Shown one piece after another: positions 12,320-24,698 of a DNA stretch of 64,000 bases; the stretch's first letter is position 1, and every line of letters begins with the position of its first letter. Source of the DNA: Tubulanus polymorphus (taxonomy: Eukaryota > Animalia > Nemertea); the NCBI RefSeq assembly GCF_964204645.1, contig NC_134036.1:5424600-5488599 (forward strand), in the 5' to 3' direction. Below the pieces are notes generated by a model. That model did no database searches, was not told the origin of the DNA, and worked only from the letters and a program-made list of their open reading frames with translations. A program made the position numbers and the translations under genes.

Positions 12320-12600
12320 TCCGTTATTTGTTTCTCAAGCCAACATCGAACCGCAATTTTGGCGAAAGGGCTATTAAGATTGCTGGTCCGAGTCTTTGGA
12401 GTGCAATTCCTGATCGAGTTAAATCTAGTCTCGCACTCGAATCTTTTGAATCAAATCTTAAAACATATCATTTTCACCCATGATCTCATTATAAGTGATT
12501 ACAAATAATATTTCTGTATTTTCTTAATGTTATTGTTAACATTGTAAAGTGCAGTGATTATTTTATAGGACTGCGCTATAAAAGAAATAGAAAATTATGA
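12320..12600 (+). mobile_element. 3' end of an L2/CR1-group non-LTR retrotransposon (ORF2 C-terminus plus 3'UTR)
   Basis: An unlisted frame reads RYLFLKPTSNRNFGERAIKIAGPSLWSAIPDRVKSSLALESFESNLKTYHF, matching the GxRAF..AAP.LWN.LP..IR....L..FK..LKT.LF ORF2 tail. It is followed by ttgtaaagtgcagtga...ctgcgctata and a simple-repeat tail. Confidence 0.8.
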
Positions 12601-12604
12601 CTGC

Positions 12605-13043
12605 TATTACTATTACTATTACTATTACTATTACTATTACTATTACTATTACTATTACTATTACTATTACTATTACTATTACTATTACTATTACTATTAC
12701 TATTACTATTACTATTACTATTACTATTACTATTACTATTACTATTACTATTACTATTACTATTACTATTACTATTACTATTACTATTACTATTACTATT
12801 ACTATTACTATTACTATTACTATTACTATTACTATTACTATTACTATTACTATTACTATTACTATTACTATTACTATTACTATTACTATTACTATTACTA
12901 TTACTATTACTATTACTATTACTATTACTATTACTATTACTATTACTATTACTATTACTATTACTATTACTATTACTATTACTATTACTATTACTATTAC
13001 TATTACTATTACTATTACTATTACTATTACTATTACTATTACT
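12605..13043. repeat. (TATTAC)n microsatellite, ~73 units, followed by (TAT)n
   Basis: Direct read; produces the spurious poly-IT ORF 12597-13067. Confidence 0.99.
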
Positions 13044-13837
13044 AATTATTATTATTATTATTATTAAATTATTATTATCAATTTTTTCGGCCGAAATGAA
13101 ATAACGACAGACATTCTACTCGACACGGCGTGATAATTTCTACCTGTTGGGCGTGTATCGTCCAACCGCGGCGAACGAGTCCAAGTCGCCATCGATAATC
13201 ACACAGACGCGTCGTTATCGAGGATAAATCGATGCGACACGTCAATCTCAACGTCATTCGATCGCTCGTCTCGAAGTTTCCGATCGCCGTTGATCGCCGC
13301 CAACGAGAAATTAAGACAACGCTTTAAAGGAATAATAACAATTCGGATTTCGAAAGTTCCAAATTCTCGGCACAAAGCGGACGTTGGTACAGTAGTAGTT
13401 GCAATTTTTTGAAACTATATTTCTACGATTGATCTTAAGTAGTTCTAGACTTTAAGGTGCGAAAAGAAAATAAAAGCGACTCTTCGCTTATTTAGGGAAA
13501 GTTGGCGAAATTCGGTTGAAATAGTCATCGGCAATTAGGTATCTAGCCGGACTCGTAATATAGCTCGGTATAGATTTGCAAAGCCGTGCTCGAAAAACGC
13601 GAATGTTGATCTAGTTTATGCGAGTAGACTAATCATTTTAAACTGATTCTATATTTCTAAAAAAAAATAGTACGGAAAGCTAAGTCGGTAATATTTCGAA
13701 CAACTTGGACAATTCGCGAAATTCGAAACTTCGACGGCGGGTCCACTAAACTATTTTTTTTAAGAGGAACAGTCAGCAGTTATAGAGTTGAATATTCTTG
13801 AAGTCGGAACTTTTTGCGCGGAAAATTCTAACGAAAT

Positions 13838-13900
13838 ATGGCGTCAAACCGTTCGTCGTTCCTAGCTTTGCTTTTAGCGCTTGTCGTCATTCTGTCAAAG
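13838..13900 (+). CDS. Candidate first coding exon encoding a signal peptide (MASNRSSFLALLLALVVILSK)
   Basis: ATG in aatATGG context, n-region plus hydrophobic h-region, consensus donor AAG|gtgagt at 13901 (phase 0). Confidence 0.65.
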
Positions 13901-13964
13901 GTGAGTCGGCGGTATGAATTGTAAAATTTAAGTCATAACCAACATGAGTGTCCGCAAAAACAAA

Positions 13965-14415
13965 TTTTAATCATAATTTTACAGAATCATGAATTTTTTA
14001 AAATGAAAAGGTCCTTTTAGTGACTAATCATAATTTTACTGAATCGTTGAAGTTATTAAGAATGAGAAGGTCGTCTTTAGAAACTAATCATAATTTTGCT
14101 ATATCGCGGAAGTTAACGATAATCAGTAAGTCGTCGTTAGAATACAACCATAACTTTACTGATGAATTTATTAAGAATGAAAAGGTCGTCATTAGTAACT
14201 GATCATAATTTTACTGAATTGTTGATTAAGTTATTGGAAAGGTCGCCATTAGTAACTAATCATAATTTTAATGAATCGTTGAAGTTATCAAGAATGAGAA
14301 GGTCGTCATTAGTAACTAATCATAATTTTCCTGAATCGTTGATGTTATTGAGAATGAGAAGGTCGTCATTAGTAACTAATCATAATTTTTCTGAATCGTC
14401 GAAGTTATCGAGAAT
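13965..14415. repeat. 60 bp minisatellite array (family B)
   Basis: Unit gaatgagaaggtcgtcattagtaactaatcataattttactgaatcgttgaagttatc..; reverse complement of the arrays at 31.9k, 48.5k and 62.7k. Confidence 0.95.
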
Positions 14416-15120
14416 TATCAAGAATATCGAGAGTTATCATTATTTTACCCAAGCGATATCGATAGGTTATAAATTATAAACGTTTTTATGATATTCCCGC
14501 TTCGTGAGAAATGGAAAACGACGAGCTTTGTTTGAAGCAAAATAAACATGTATAGACATGTAGTTGATTGATAAAAGGTCATTTACTATTATATGACGGA
14601 TGAAACTAAATTATAAAAGTTGTTGCTTTCTTTTAAACCGAACCGTCTGAGAATATTCTTTCACCGCCTCTAATTCCCAGGCGAATCTTCAGAGATATTT
14701 CGAATCCACGGTATTCGCGCTTTTCTATATAGCGCTGATTAGGTACACCGAGCGCGCTCGACTAGTATGTACGTAAGCGTGCCGACGGAGCGCACGCGTT
14801 GGCGCACGCTTTTCGGGGATCTACATGTTAAAACGCCGATGAATAAATAACACGTCACGCTATAACGTCGAACAATCTCGGCGTTATATCGACGTTCGTG
14901 CGTACGTCGTCGTGCGTTAATTATTACCCGACACGGCGTTACATGATTAATGACGTAACGCGTAACGCCGTAACGCGTCGAGGGCGGGTCGTGCGCGGGT
15001 ATCGAACGCTGCCCCGACCCGCCCGCGGTCGTTTCGATACTCTCCAGTAGCCCACCTACGCCGTAGACTTATGATACTCGATCACAAATTTTCTGTTTTA
15101 CTTCAATATCGCCCGGCCAG

Positions 15121-15148
15121 CCTGTTCAGAACGTTAGCTGCGACATTT
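15121..15148 (+). CDS. Candidate micro-exon completing the signal peptide (PVQ)NVSC/DI, ending phase 1
   Basis: Pyrimidine-rich tract then ccag acceptor at 15120 (alternative in-frame acceptor ttcag at 15129); donor gtaagt at 15149. V-S-C fits the -3/-1 signal peptidase rule. Confidence 0.5.
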
Positions 15149-15159
15149 GTAAGTGACAA

Positions 15160-15560
15160 TGGACAACAAAAACCATACATTGGACATTTTTAATCAGCGC
15201 ATTTTAAAAACTGATCGTCCACACTTTACCTGTGTTCAGAAATACACCTGAGACATTTTTTATGGAAAATGAACTACAAACATCAGATATTAGAATTTTT
15301 ATTAGAGCGCTTTCAAAAACTGACCACCCATACTTCAGATGTGTCTTTAGAACTTCACCCGAGACATTTTTAATTGAAAATGAACTACACACATCAGATA
15401 TTAGACATTTTATCAGCGCTACTTCTAAAAAAGATCGTCTACACGTCAACTGTGTTTGGGGTTCCACCTCAGAGATTTCTACATGAAGATGAACTACAAA
15501 CAGCAGACGTAGACATTTTATCGACGCGCTTTCAAATGGTCCAGGCTTCATGTGTGCCCA
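15160..15560. repeat. ~110 bp tandem/dispersed repeat (family D); related copies ~7490-7600, 7940-8100, 23555-23770, 47575-47990
   Basis: Recurring aaaactgatcgtccacactt...gagacatttt..attgaaaatgaactacaaaca.cagatattagacattttatcagcgc. Confidence 0.85.
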
Positions 15561-16899
15561 GGGTAAAACACTGGACACTATAGACAGCTTAGATCTCGGG
15601 AGTCATGTCCTCTGAATAATTAACTAACTCAAACTAATTAATACTTCGACGGGCGTTAATAATCGAACATTAGTTTATTTGATTAAGGGTCGTCAAATGT
15701 CGATCCAGCGTTGTGTTGGAACCCGGTGCCCGAGTCACGCTAACTATGCATTACTCTTACGAACGCTCCTGATTTGTACCTGATGGTATCGTGAGACACT
15801 GCTACGTCCCCCCCCCCATACAGGGATAATCGGGCGTCGTGAGACACTGCCACATTTATCCCTCCCAAATCGTCACTAACCAACATTCCAAGAGAATTCG
15901 TTTTGACTTGAAATAAGTTCATACGGATTTAAGTTTGCATTAGAGTGAATTGCCGACCTAGAACCGGTTTCGCGATTTATTGGCGCTGATAACTACGTCA
16001 TTTTGAATTGAAATCGCTTTGAAAGACATCGATCCATTAGCCAGTTTCAGAGTCATGGTTTAAAGTTACTAATTAGATAAATGATAGGCTCAATCCCTAC
16101 TTTAAGATCGAAGGGTAACTGACACTTTTATAAAAAAAAGAAATTAAGTCTATACTTAATTGGATTTTTTTCATCTTCAATGATTAATCTCGGGAGTCAT
16201 ATCTCACCTCGGACTTTTGAGTTTATAGGTTTGTGGCGCTATAGCTCGGGCTGAAAGTGATTCCATTGGGAATTGAACTGATTAAGTAAGTAATCTCTGA
16301 ATGAAATACACGAACCGGGGACCGTTAATCTGACAAAGAGTTAGAAGTGAGATTCGACCTGTAACTGTTTAAATCGGATCATCCTAAAGAATATCGTCAT
16401 CGACGCGTGACGATAGGCGATCGATCTATCGCGGGCATTGCGACGAGCCGCGTGCGAGCAGCCGGCCGGTGCTCGTTTAAACGCCGGCTCACGCGCGCGC
16501 GCACTCGTCGACCGGAAGTAACGCTTTTATATCCGTCGAGTGGATGGGCGCGCGCGTTCAACAACATCCGGTTGCCGGCGCGTTTCGAGCGGCGGCGCTA
16601 ATGCGAACCGAACGACTGCCGACACGCAACGATTCCCGAGCGTCAAACGAAGATTTATCGTCCGCCCTACGAAGTTAACGTCGACGAAGACGCGAATGTT
16701 TTTGCGGAGAAATGAAATCGACGACGTAAGTTGGTGTTTTTTTCGACGTCCGCGTTCGCGTGAGCGAGCGTATAAAGATATCGCCGTTATTGAAGTTCGG
16801 TCGATAATGATCATATCGATAACGATTATGATGATATGATACATCATGATAATCTACATTGACACTATAACGATAAAAGGAAATTTATGTTTAAGCTAC

Positions 16900-17338
16900 A
16901 AACTCCAGACATGAGATAATTTTTCAGAATCATTTTCAAAAACTGATCGTCCACTAACGCTAGACATTTGGGATTTCATCAAAATAACTTTCAAAAACTG
17001 ATCGTCTATCAACACCAGACCCTAGACCTATCAGAAGTACTTTCAAAACCTGATCGTCAGCTAACACCAGACATAAGACATTTTATCAGAATTACTTTAA
17101 AAAACTGATCGTCCACTAACACCAGATATTGGACATTTCATCAGAATTACTTTAAAAAACTGATCGTCCAATAACACCAGATATTGGACATTTTTATCGG
17201 AATTACTTTGAAAAAGTGATCACTTCATCAGAATTCCTTTAAAAAAACTGATCGTCCACTAACACCAGATATTGGACATTTTTATTGGAATTACTTTCAA
17301 AAAACTGATCGCCACTAACACCAGACATTTTATCAGAG
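16900..17338. repeat. ~54 bp tandem array, a shortened derivative of family D
   Basis: Unit aaaactgatcgtccactaacaccagatattggacattttatcagaattacttt, about 7 copies. Confidence 0.9.
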
Positions 17339-20300
17339 GCGTACTGACCTGTAGACCTATGGAACTAGGCTTAACTTAGCCAGGGTAGTTATACAGCTCG
17401 CCATATATATGCGTATCACTATAAATTTCGAAGCGACGGTGAAATTAAGCGCATTCACCGTAGATAGAACCCGGGTCTAGAACGTAGAAAGCAATAGTGC
17501 AAACCAGTTTACCAATAAAAGTAGCCCACCAGTGGTTACACCGCTACTCACGGCTTGGTTTTCAACGTAGCATTCACGAATTCGTTAACGCCATCATCGA
17601 ATGCTGGATCCGTACATATGTAAAAACGCTAAGGGGTACGCGCGCACGGGGAAAGTCGTTCAATCCATCAGAACAGCGCGAGTAGAAATTACAGAAATCA
17701 GCGGAAAAAAAATAACTAAGAATTACTCTCACCGGCGCGCTGTGTTTAACGAACCGCGGCGGATTAATACACCTAATCTAATTCGCCGCGGGGACTATTT
17801 CCCGCGCGAAAGCTGATTAATAAACAAGTGCGTAAGTAGTCAGTCAGTCGGTAGCGCCGGGGCAAATCACGGATGAAAATGCTTTCACGCGTGGACTTTT
17901 TTCTTGGCAAGTCACGATACGCTAGGATCGCAAGCGTGCAAAAGGATTTCAGTCACTTGTTGCAACGATGGATCCAAAAGGTGTCGCTAGTGAGCAGTCG
18001 GACATCAACAACTGCGGCAACAGTATATTTAACTTTTGGCAAGCAGGGATCCACCAGGTGTCACTAGTATATCGTAGGACATCAACATACTGCGACCATA
18101 GATAATTCTACTTTTGGCAAGCGAGGATCCAGCAGTCGCGCCTGTCAGATATCACCAACTGGGAACCGACCAACTGTTCACCACCTTGCCCTCCAGATGG
18201 CGCCACTTGAATATCTGAACCGTCGCTAGGTGACACGAACAATCCAATATGGTTTGTCTCGCGAACCAAAGATCTAACGTTGAGCAAGATATAAAACAAG
18301 CAACATTTCGACTACCTCAAAGGCCTGCCAATTAAGCTCCGCTATCAGTTAAAAGGAGGAGCTGGATCAGATGGTTTTTCTTTTGCAATCTATGAGTTAG
18401 ATCATTTTTGTCCTTTTACATGAATATGATGACCTTGAGTCGTATTTTGGACTTTTGAGTCAAATTTTGACTCAAACGTAGTTGAACATATCTGACTCAC
18501 TGCCATACCGTACACGTATGACTATTCCTTTCGTCGTCTCATCGACGACTTATTAATCCGTCGTTAATCCGCGTTAATCTCTTTTGTTTTATTATCCACC
18601 CGCGCGACGGATTACGCCGCCAACTAACGCCGCTAATCCTCGTTAATCCCCGGTTCGTTCACGCATTCGCCACAAACGACAGCGTTTTCGAAATACAGAT
18701 ATTCAAAAATTTTCCCTCGCCGTGTCATCATATCTGAATCTCTGTATAGCGAGATTCTCTAGCACACGCGGATATAGCATTTTAACATGTGCCGGGCTGT
18801 ATCGTATAGCAGGCGGTATTAGGTCTAGAAAATTCATAATTAGAATAATAAGATATCGGAATATTGTCGCTTTGAGATAGCATTTCTTGTATCTGAATTC
18901 ACGTTATTAAAGAAGGTGATTTTTCCTATTATATTTTTTACACTTTCCCAATGGGTTTTCCACAAACCCCGTTTGAAAGGGGTGTGGCCTGAGCGTACCG
19001 CTAAAACCTCTTTTAGATACGGGATTCGAACCTGATGGCTTTGTGAGACTCTGTCGCGTTCCTCTTTGGCAGGGATTCGAACCCCAGTTAAGGCGCTTCA
19101 ATACATTCTACATTTCAGTTGAACTTGAATCTTCTGTCATCAGTGAATCAATTTTTAATGAAATCCATCCAATCTACAATGAACTAGAACGTCAACTTTA
19201 TATCTATTCGATGATTTTTTTCTGCATTTGCATTCGAGAGCGTAAAACTCCAAAAGTTATCGAAAACTGTATGTACTTTGCGCCATCTGGTGTGTGCCAA
19301 CGGTACCTCGTTGACACAGTCGTATGCGCGATTCTAGTTCAATTTTTGTTTTCTTTCTTTTTTTGCGTTAGTTCGCGCGATTGTCGTGTGGGGGAGTAAC
19401 GGACATGGCCTCTGGAATACAGACCACCAGCCGCCAGTTAGGCTATACATCAGCGCCACCTTTTGCAACAACGACACCTGCCGATAGAACGCAGAACTAC
19501 GGTACGTTCGCATGATTTACTGTTTCAAGAATTTACAAATTATTTTCTTTTAAACTTCGTTTTCAAACTTAAACGAACGGTTAAAAGCCGTTAAAACGAG
19601 TATTTAAAATTTTGAAATAAGCAACGGCGGGGCCATTGCAAAGGAAAATAAATCTAATCGAGGGGCCATTGCAAAGGAAAGTAAATTTAATCGAGGATTA
19701 TCGGAAATTGACCAGTATCATTAAATAATTCTATAAGCTTTTTCTTTAAAATTTTGTATTCAAACATTCATTGCGACATTTATGATTTTAGCAGTCTCAA
19801 TATCTTGAAATAATGAAGAGATTTTGAGTAGCAAATAAGTTCATCGCGGATTTGTCCTGAATACCGGACTTACAACTATTGGTAATACTAGGCAACAAAA
19901 TGAAAATAAAACTGGACCAAACGACAAGATAAGGTCACACAATTTAAGCTAATACCTTTCAAGGTTGATAACAGACAACGCTGTATCAAAAAACCTATCA
20001 AAACTAGTATTACTAAGCATTAGATGCGGTGTCACTGCGGTGAATGATCGCTGATGACTGGTTTACGTTTAAGAGCACGAATATATCAACGTCGAAAAAC
20101 GCGCGCGCGATCGACGGCAACCTCATTCGTGGAATGTCTTCTTCCCAAACAACTTCTAGAGGTGCTTGAACTGAAGGTGCAAGCATATCGCTTGATCGAA
20201 GAAAAGAGACGCGATGGGCTACCCGCACCACTGCAGTGGCGATAGAGATACCACGTATGGCAGGCGAGGATCCACCAGGTGTCGCTAGTACATCCACCGC

Positions 20301-21059
20301 TCGTCCGTGTTGTTCGATTGCGTCTATATTTCAATTAAATTCGAATGAAATTATCTCATAAACTACACCGATACCCGAGTAGAAAAATGAAAATATCGTA
20401 TATTTGGTAGTTGCTGTGCTATGGTTTGTAAGGGACACCGAAACAGAAAATCAAACGAAATCTACCAATAAAATAAATAACAGGAGTCAATCCCTGTTTT
20501 AAGATCAATAATGGATACGGGAGTCCAAATAATTCAAACAACGAACCACCTATAGCTCGTCACGTCATCTGGTCGCCGTCGCTGCGGGTTCCCCATTAAA
20601 TCTATCTTTCGTAGCGGTCTGAAACTTTTCTCACGGCCGTACGGCCAACGTACGTACGTACATGGCCTACAATACGTTGATATACGTATATATGACGTAT
20701 ACAAAATGATATACACAACCGAACGTAACGTAACGGTACTTAACGCCGATGACGGATGCGCTAGTTTTTCATACGTCGCTGTTCGGGCTGACAGGACTCC
20801 ATTTAACGCCCGATTAGACTCCGCTGAGCCGTGTCAAAACATCCCATTTCTTATATTCGACTCGATGACTTCGCCGCGAGATGTTTTCCTCGCTAGGCGT
20901 ATATGTGAATATGTCTCTATACGCGAGAAGTTCGTAAAAATAGAAAAGGGTAATAAGAAAACCGCGAACCCACTCGCCCAAGAGTATGTTAAAACACGTC
21001 CTTCTTTGGTGGCTGAAAACCGATGCTTGCAACAATTATATAAGTTAGCGCGGTTATCT

Positions 21060-21250
21060 ATGAACCCCCCTCTCCTCACAGCTGTAGCGGGAGAGCAGCG
21101 AGTAGAACAGACGCAATAGGTTCTCGGTGAACCCCCTCTCCTCACAGCTGTAGCGGGAGAGCAGCGAATAAAACAGCCGCAATAGGTTCTCGGTGAACCC
21201 CTTCTCCGCACAGCTGTAGTGGGAGAACAGCGAGTGAACATCCGCAATAG
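21060..21250. repeat. 66 bp minisatellite (family C), ~3 units
   Basis: Reverse complement of the unit at 33100-33430 and 39668-39890. Confidence 0.93.
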
Positions 21251-21596
21251 CTCAATAAGCGAGAAAATATGAAGCAGAGTTATAAAAATGAAAATGACGC
21301 ATGATTCAAACAACGCTTGGTATATCGTAAACGGACACTAGTAAACAAGTTGTTTTGACCGTATTTTTTGGTCAATGAAGGACAAGAATACTTACCGGAG
21401 ATGCGCGTTCTTCCCAGATAACAATTACCACCGGGAACGAAATTCGAGCTCTGGACATCATCCTCGGTAATATGTCTGAATAATTGATCAGATCAACGGA
21501 CAGTGGGATATCACGTGGGTATGTGTTTGAAAAAAATATCAAAACGACATAGGAATTATTTGAAGTATCGTAGAACATTGAATATTACAATAATTG

Positions 21597-21981
21597 GACA
21601 AGGGGTCGATTACTAAAAGGTTGTTTGATGTAGACCAGTAATTGAATACCGCAGTTCAGGGGTCAGCTACTAAAAGGTTGTTTAATGTAAAGCAGTGTTT
21701 AAATACCGCAGTACAGGGGTCAGTTACTGAAAAGATGTTTAAACATAAACCAGTGTTTGAATACCGCGGTACAGGGGTCAGTTACTGAAAGGTTGTTTAA
21801 TGTAAACCAGTGTTTGAATACCGCGGTACAGGGGTCAGTTACTGAAAGGTTGTTTAATGTAAACCAGTGTTTAAATACCGCAGTACAGGGGTCAGTTACT
21901 GAAAGGTTGTTTAACGTAAACCAGTGTTTGAATACCGCGGTACAGGGGTCAGTTACTTTAAGGTGGTTTAATGTAAACCAG
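21597..21981. repeat. 57 bp minisatellite array (family A, opposite orientation)
   Basis: Unit caggggtcagttactgaaaggttgtttaatgtaaaccagtgtttaaataccgcggta. Confidence 0.96.
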
Positions 21982-24058
21982 CAGCGTTTAAAAACCTGCA
22001 GGGAAAGTGGTCCAATTGTAAAACATATCATTTCATCTACTACAACTTCGCAAATACATGCAGTTGGCTTAATCTGCCTGATCGGATATACCGCTTCTTT
22101 TTTTCCCTTTATCGATTATTAAACGATCAATATGGCCACAATGACATATCATAAACACGTATAGGTGCTACGATGAAGGCTTCATTAGTGAAGATTCTTG
22201 AATCAAAACTGCACCGTCAGACTCCACTAATTACGGCGACTTTTTAACGAGGGTTGTCCGTTTTCTGTGTTTGTGGTTTGGCAGCTGAATAGGTGTGTTC
22301 GTAGCAACTAATTCGGCGCTTGCCAGGTTTGATCGCCTCCCGCCGGAGCTCACGGCAACACAAACACTGGCCGCAGACCATCCATTGGCATCGGTTGTTT
22401 ACACCTAGACACTACATATGCAATGATACGAGTAGTACTTAATCAAAACACTATTACTAAGCCACTTTATCAATGTTTTGAAGATATTACAAAGATAATC
22501 ACGCGATAACAACGAAATTTTAAGTCCGAAAATGTTTTATTGGAGCTTAAAGTTTATTCGACGTTTCTCATCTATTCTAAATAGCCATCTTCGGTAATAC
22601 CGAGTTACCAGGGAAGTAACGAAATACAAATACACAATCCAGAACAAAGAAAGCGATACAAACCAATAGATAACATTATAACATAGAACCAGTAACAAAC
22701 TTAGGCACGATGGGTTATAGAAGCAGTTACAAGCTTAAATAGATAAAACAGCAAAAAACAGAAGAGCTCGGTGAAACAGTTTTCGGACTGAGTTTTTCAT
22801 TGTTATAGCGGGATTCTCTGTACACATTACCAACCAAACCCTGGCAAGCGAGGACGTCTGCCCTACAGAGACACGCTTAGGGTTCGCGACGCTGTCTCGT
22901 GTACACGTCGACTTTTTTTTCTCGTGCACACTTCGACGACTCGCCGCGTGTTCAGGCGCGATGTATTCATCGGGTTCGGTGCTTCGAGGCCTCGCTCGAT
23001 GTTTTCTGAACAACCTACCACAACGACGAAATGGGTTTTCTTTTTCAATTCATTTTTCTTCGCGCGTTCTAGATGCTGGTTTTCATCGAAGTAGGGGTCT
23101 ACGGCGCGTTGGATTATTTTACGTCAGGAGGAGTGTTTTCCGTCGTATCCCGGGGACGTTACTCGCGCGTATTTTCTATAAGGTCCCGCGGGTTCATTTA
23201 GCTTTTCTTTTTTTAAATAATTTCTAAGCCGGCGCGTCCCGGGGTCATATTAAGTATTTTTCGAAAATGATTTTCTGTAAAGCCCGCGCGTCCCGCGCTC
23301 TCTCACTCGACGTTTGTAGAAGTATTACCCAAGGCGTTGTCCCATGCTGGTGTGTGTCATTGTTCTTGCTGAGACTTTCGAAGAAGTATTTTTTGAAACC
23401 TAGCGTTTCGGGCAAGTATCCTAAACTTCCGTCTGTATTTTAAAAAAAATTTGTTAGTATTTTTTGAAGTATTTTACATAGATGGAGCGCTGCATCGGGG
23501 CATTTTGCAAGGACTTCAGGTCATACATATTCAATTGGAAAAGAATTATATAAATATTTAGACATTTTATCGGCACACTTTCAAATACTGATCGTCCACA
23601 CTTCACATGTGTTCAGTGCTTCGCGTAAGACATTTCTAATTAAAAATGATCTACTAACACAAGACATTAGATATTTCATCAGCGCACGTTCAAAAAACTA
23701 ATCGTCCACATCGTCACATATTATGTTCAGTAATTTTACCAAAGATATTATCAAGTAAATGATAAACACCAGAATTTGTTATAAGCTTGTATAGATATTA
23801 TATCTGCAAACGTTTGAAGTTATCCCTAGCTACGAAACTAAACAGAAATAGGTATATATAATGTTTACGTTTCCTGGCTACGGTACGTACGCCGCGTGAA
23901 AAAACGTTTTCGATGTTTTTTGTTATGCCGTGTGCGGGGAGGCAAAACTAAACGCCGAACTTAACAACGTTTTTCACTAGCAAAAAACGTTTTCTGAAAA
24001 ACGTTTTCTGTTTCGGCGAAACAATGTTTCGCCGTGTGCGTTGGGCTTTAGGTACCAC

Positions 24059-24286
24059 TTGGTTTCCATAGACAAGTGGCTGTCCAATATCAATAGTAGA
24101 TAAAAACCCAGAATAAAACGAAAAGCTTAAACGAAACGTTAAGCTCTGGTAGCTTAACGTTTCAACTCAATTCTATGAGCCATTGTCAAAAACTGAAAAT
24201 ATGTTTTTGAAAATGGCTCATAGAATTGAGTTGAAACGTTAAGCTACCAGATAGTTTTTCTTTTTATTCTGGGTTTTTATCTACTA
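24059..24286. mobile_element. Palindromic Penelope-like LTR remnant with two decayed hammerhead motifs, flanked by a 13 bp target-site duplication
   Basis: Inverted arms 24145-24193 / 24203-24251 (one mismatch) and 24094-24118 / ~24262-24286; direct repeat CTTTAGGTACCAC at 24046-24058 and 24287-24299; arm reads TTGAAAA-t-ggctca(tagaat)tgagtt-GAAA-cg-tt. Confidence 0.65.
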
Positions 24287-24551
24287 CTTTAGGTACCACG
24301 TTCGCTACTGAACACGTCACTCGTATCAAAAGCGACTTTTAACGCGTCTAGATAAATACGACCGACGATTATTAAGCGAGGCGGCAATTTCAGACACCGG
24401 TACCCGCCGTTTTCCGAGACAGCGAAACGACAGCAACGGCAGCGGCAACGGCAAGCGTTCGCGCGTATGCGTCGTAAAGAAACCGCGCGCGCGCGCGCGC
24501 GTGTGTGGTGCGCTCCCGCACGCGATAAGGCCGCACGACGCTTCCTCGCGA

Positions 24552-24698
24552 TCAGTTGCTAGTCGCATACCGTAACCGACTTATCACCATCAACCACGAC
24601 AACGACGACAACGACGGTCGAAAGTGTAGCACCTTCAACAGAGATTCTTGTTCCCGCATCGGACAGTAACAGCAACGCGTCGTGTTCGTCGAGTAAAG
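24552..24698 (+). promoter_or_regulatory. Candidate TSS (Inr TCAGTT) and non-coding first exon
   Basis: TCAGTT at 24552 downstream of a CpG-rich block; ATG-free; strong donor AAG|gtaagc at 24699. Confidence 0.5.

Noticed and set aside
12597-13067. 156 aa poly-(Ile-Thr) ORF
   Set aside because: Translation of a (TATTAC)n microsatellite.
20100-20200. Peptide-like frames (YACTFSSSTSRSCLGRR on minus; ECLLPKQLLEVLELKVQAYRLIEEKR on plus)
   Set aside because: Splice signals are weak or ambiguous and no family is recognised; cannot be separated from chance.
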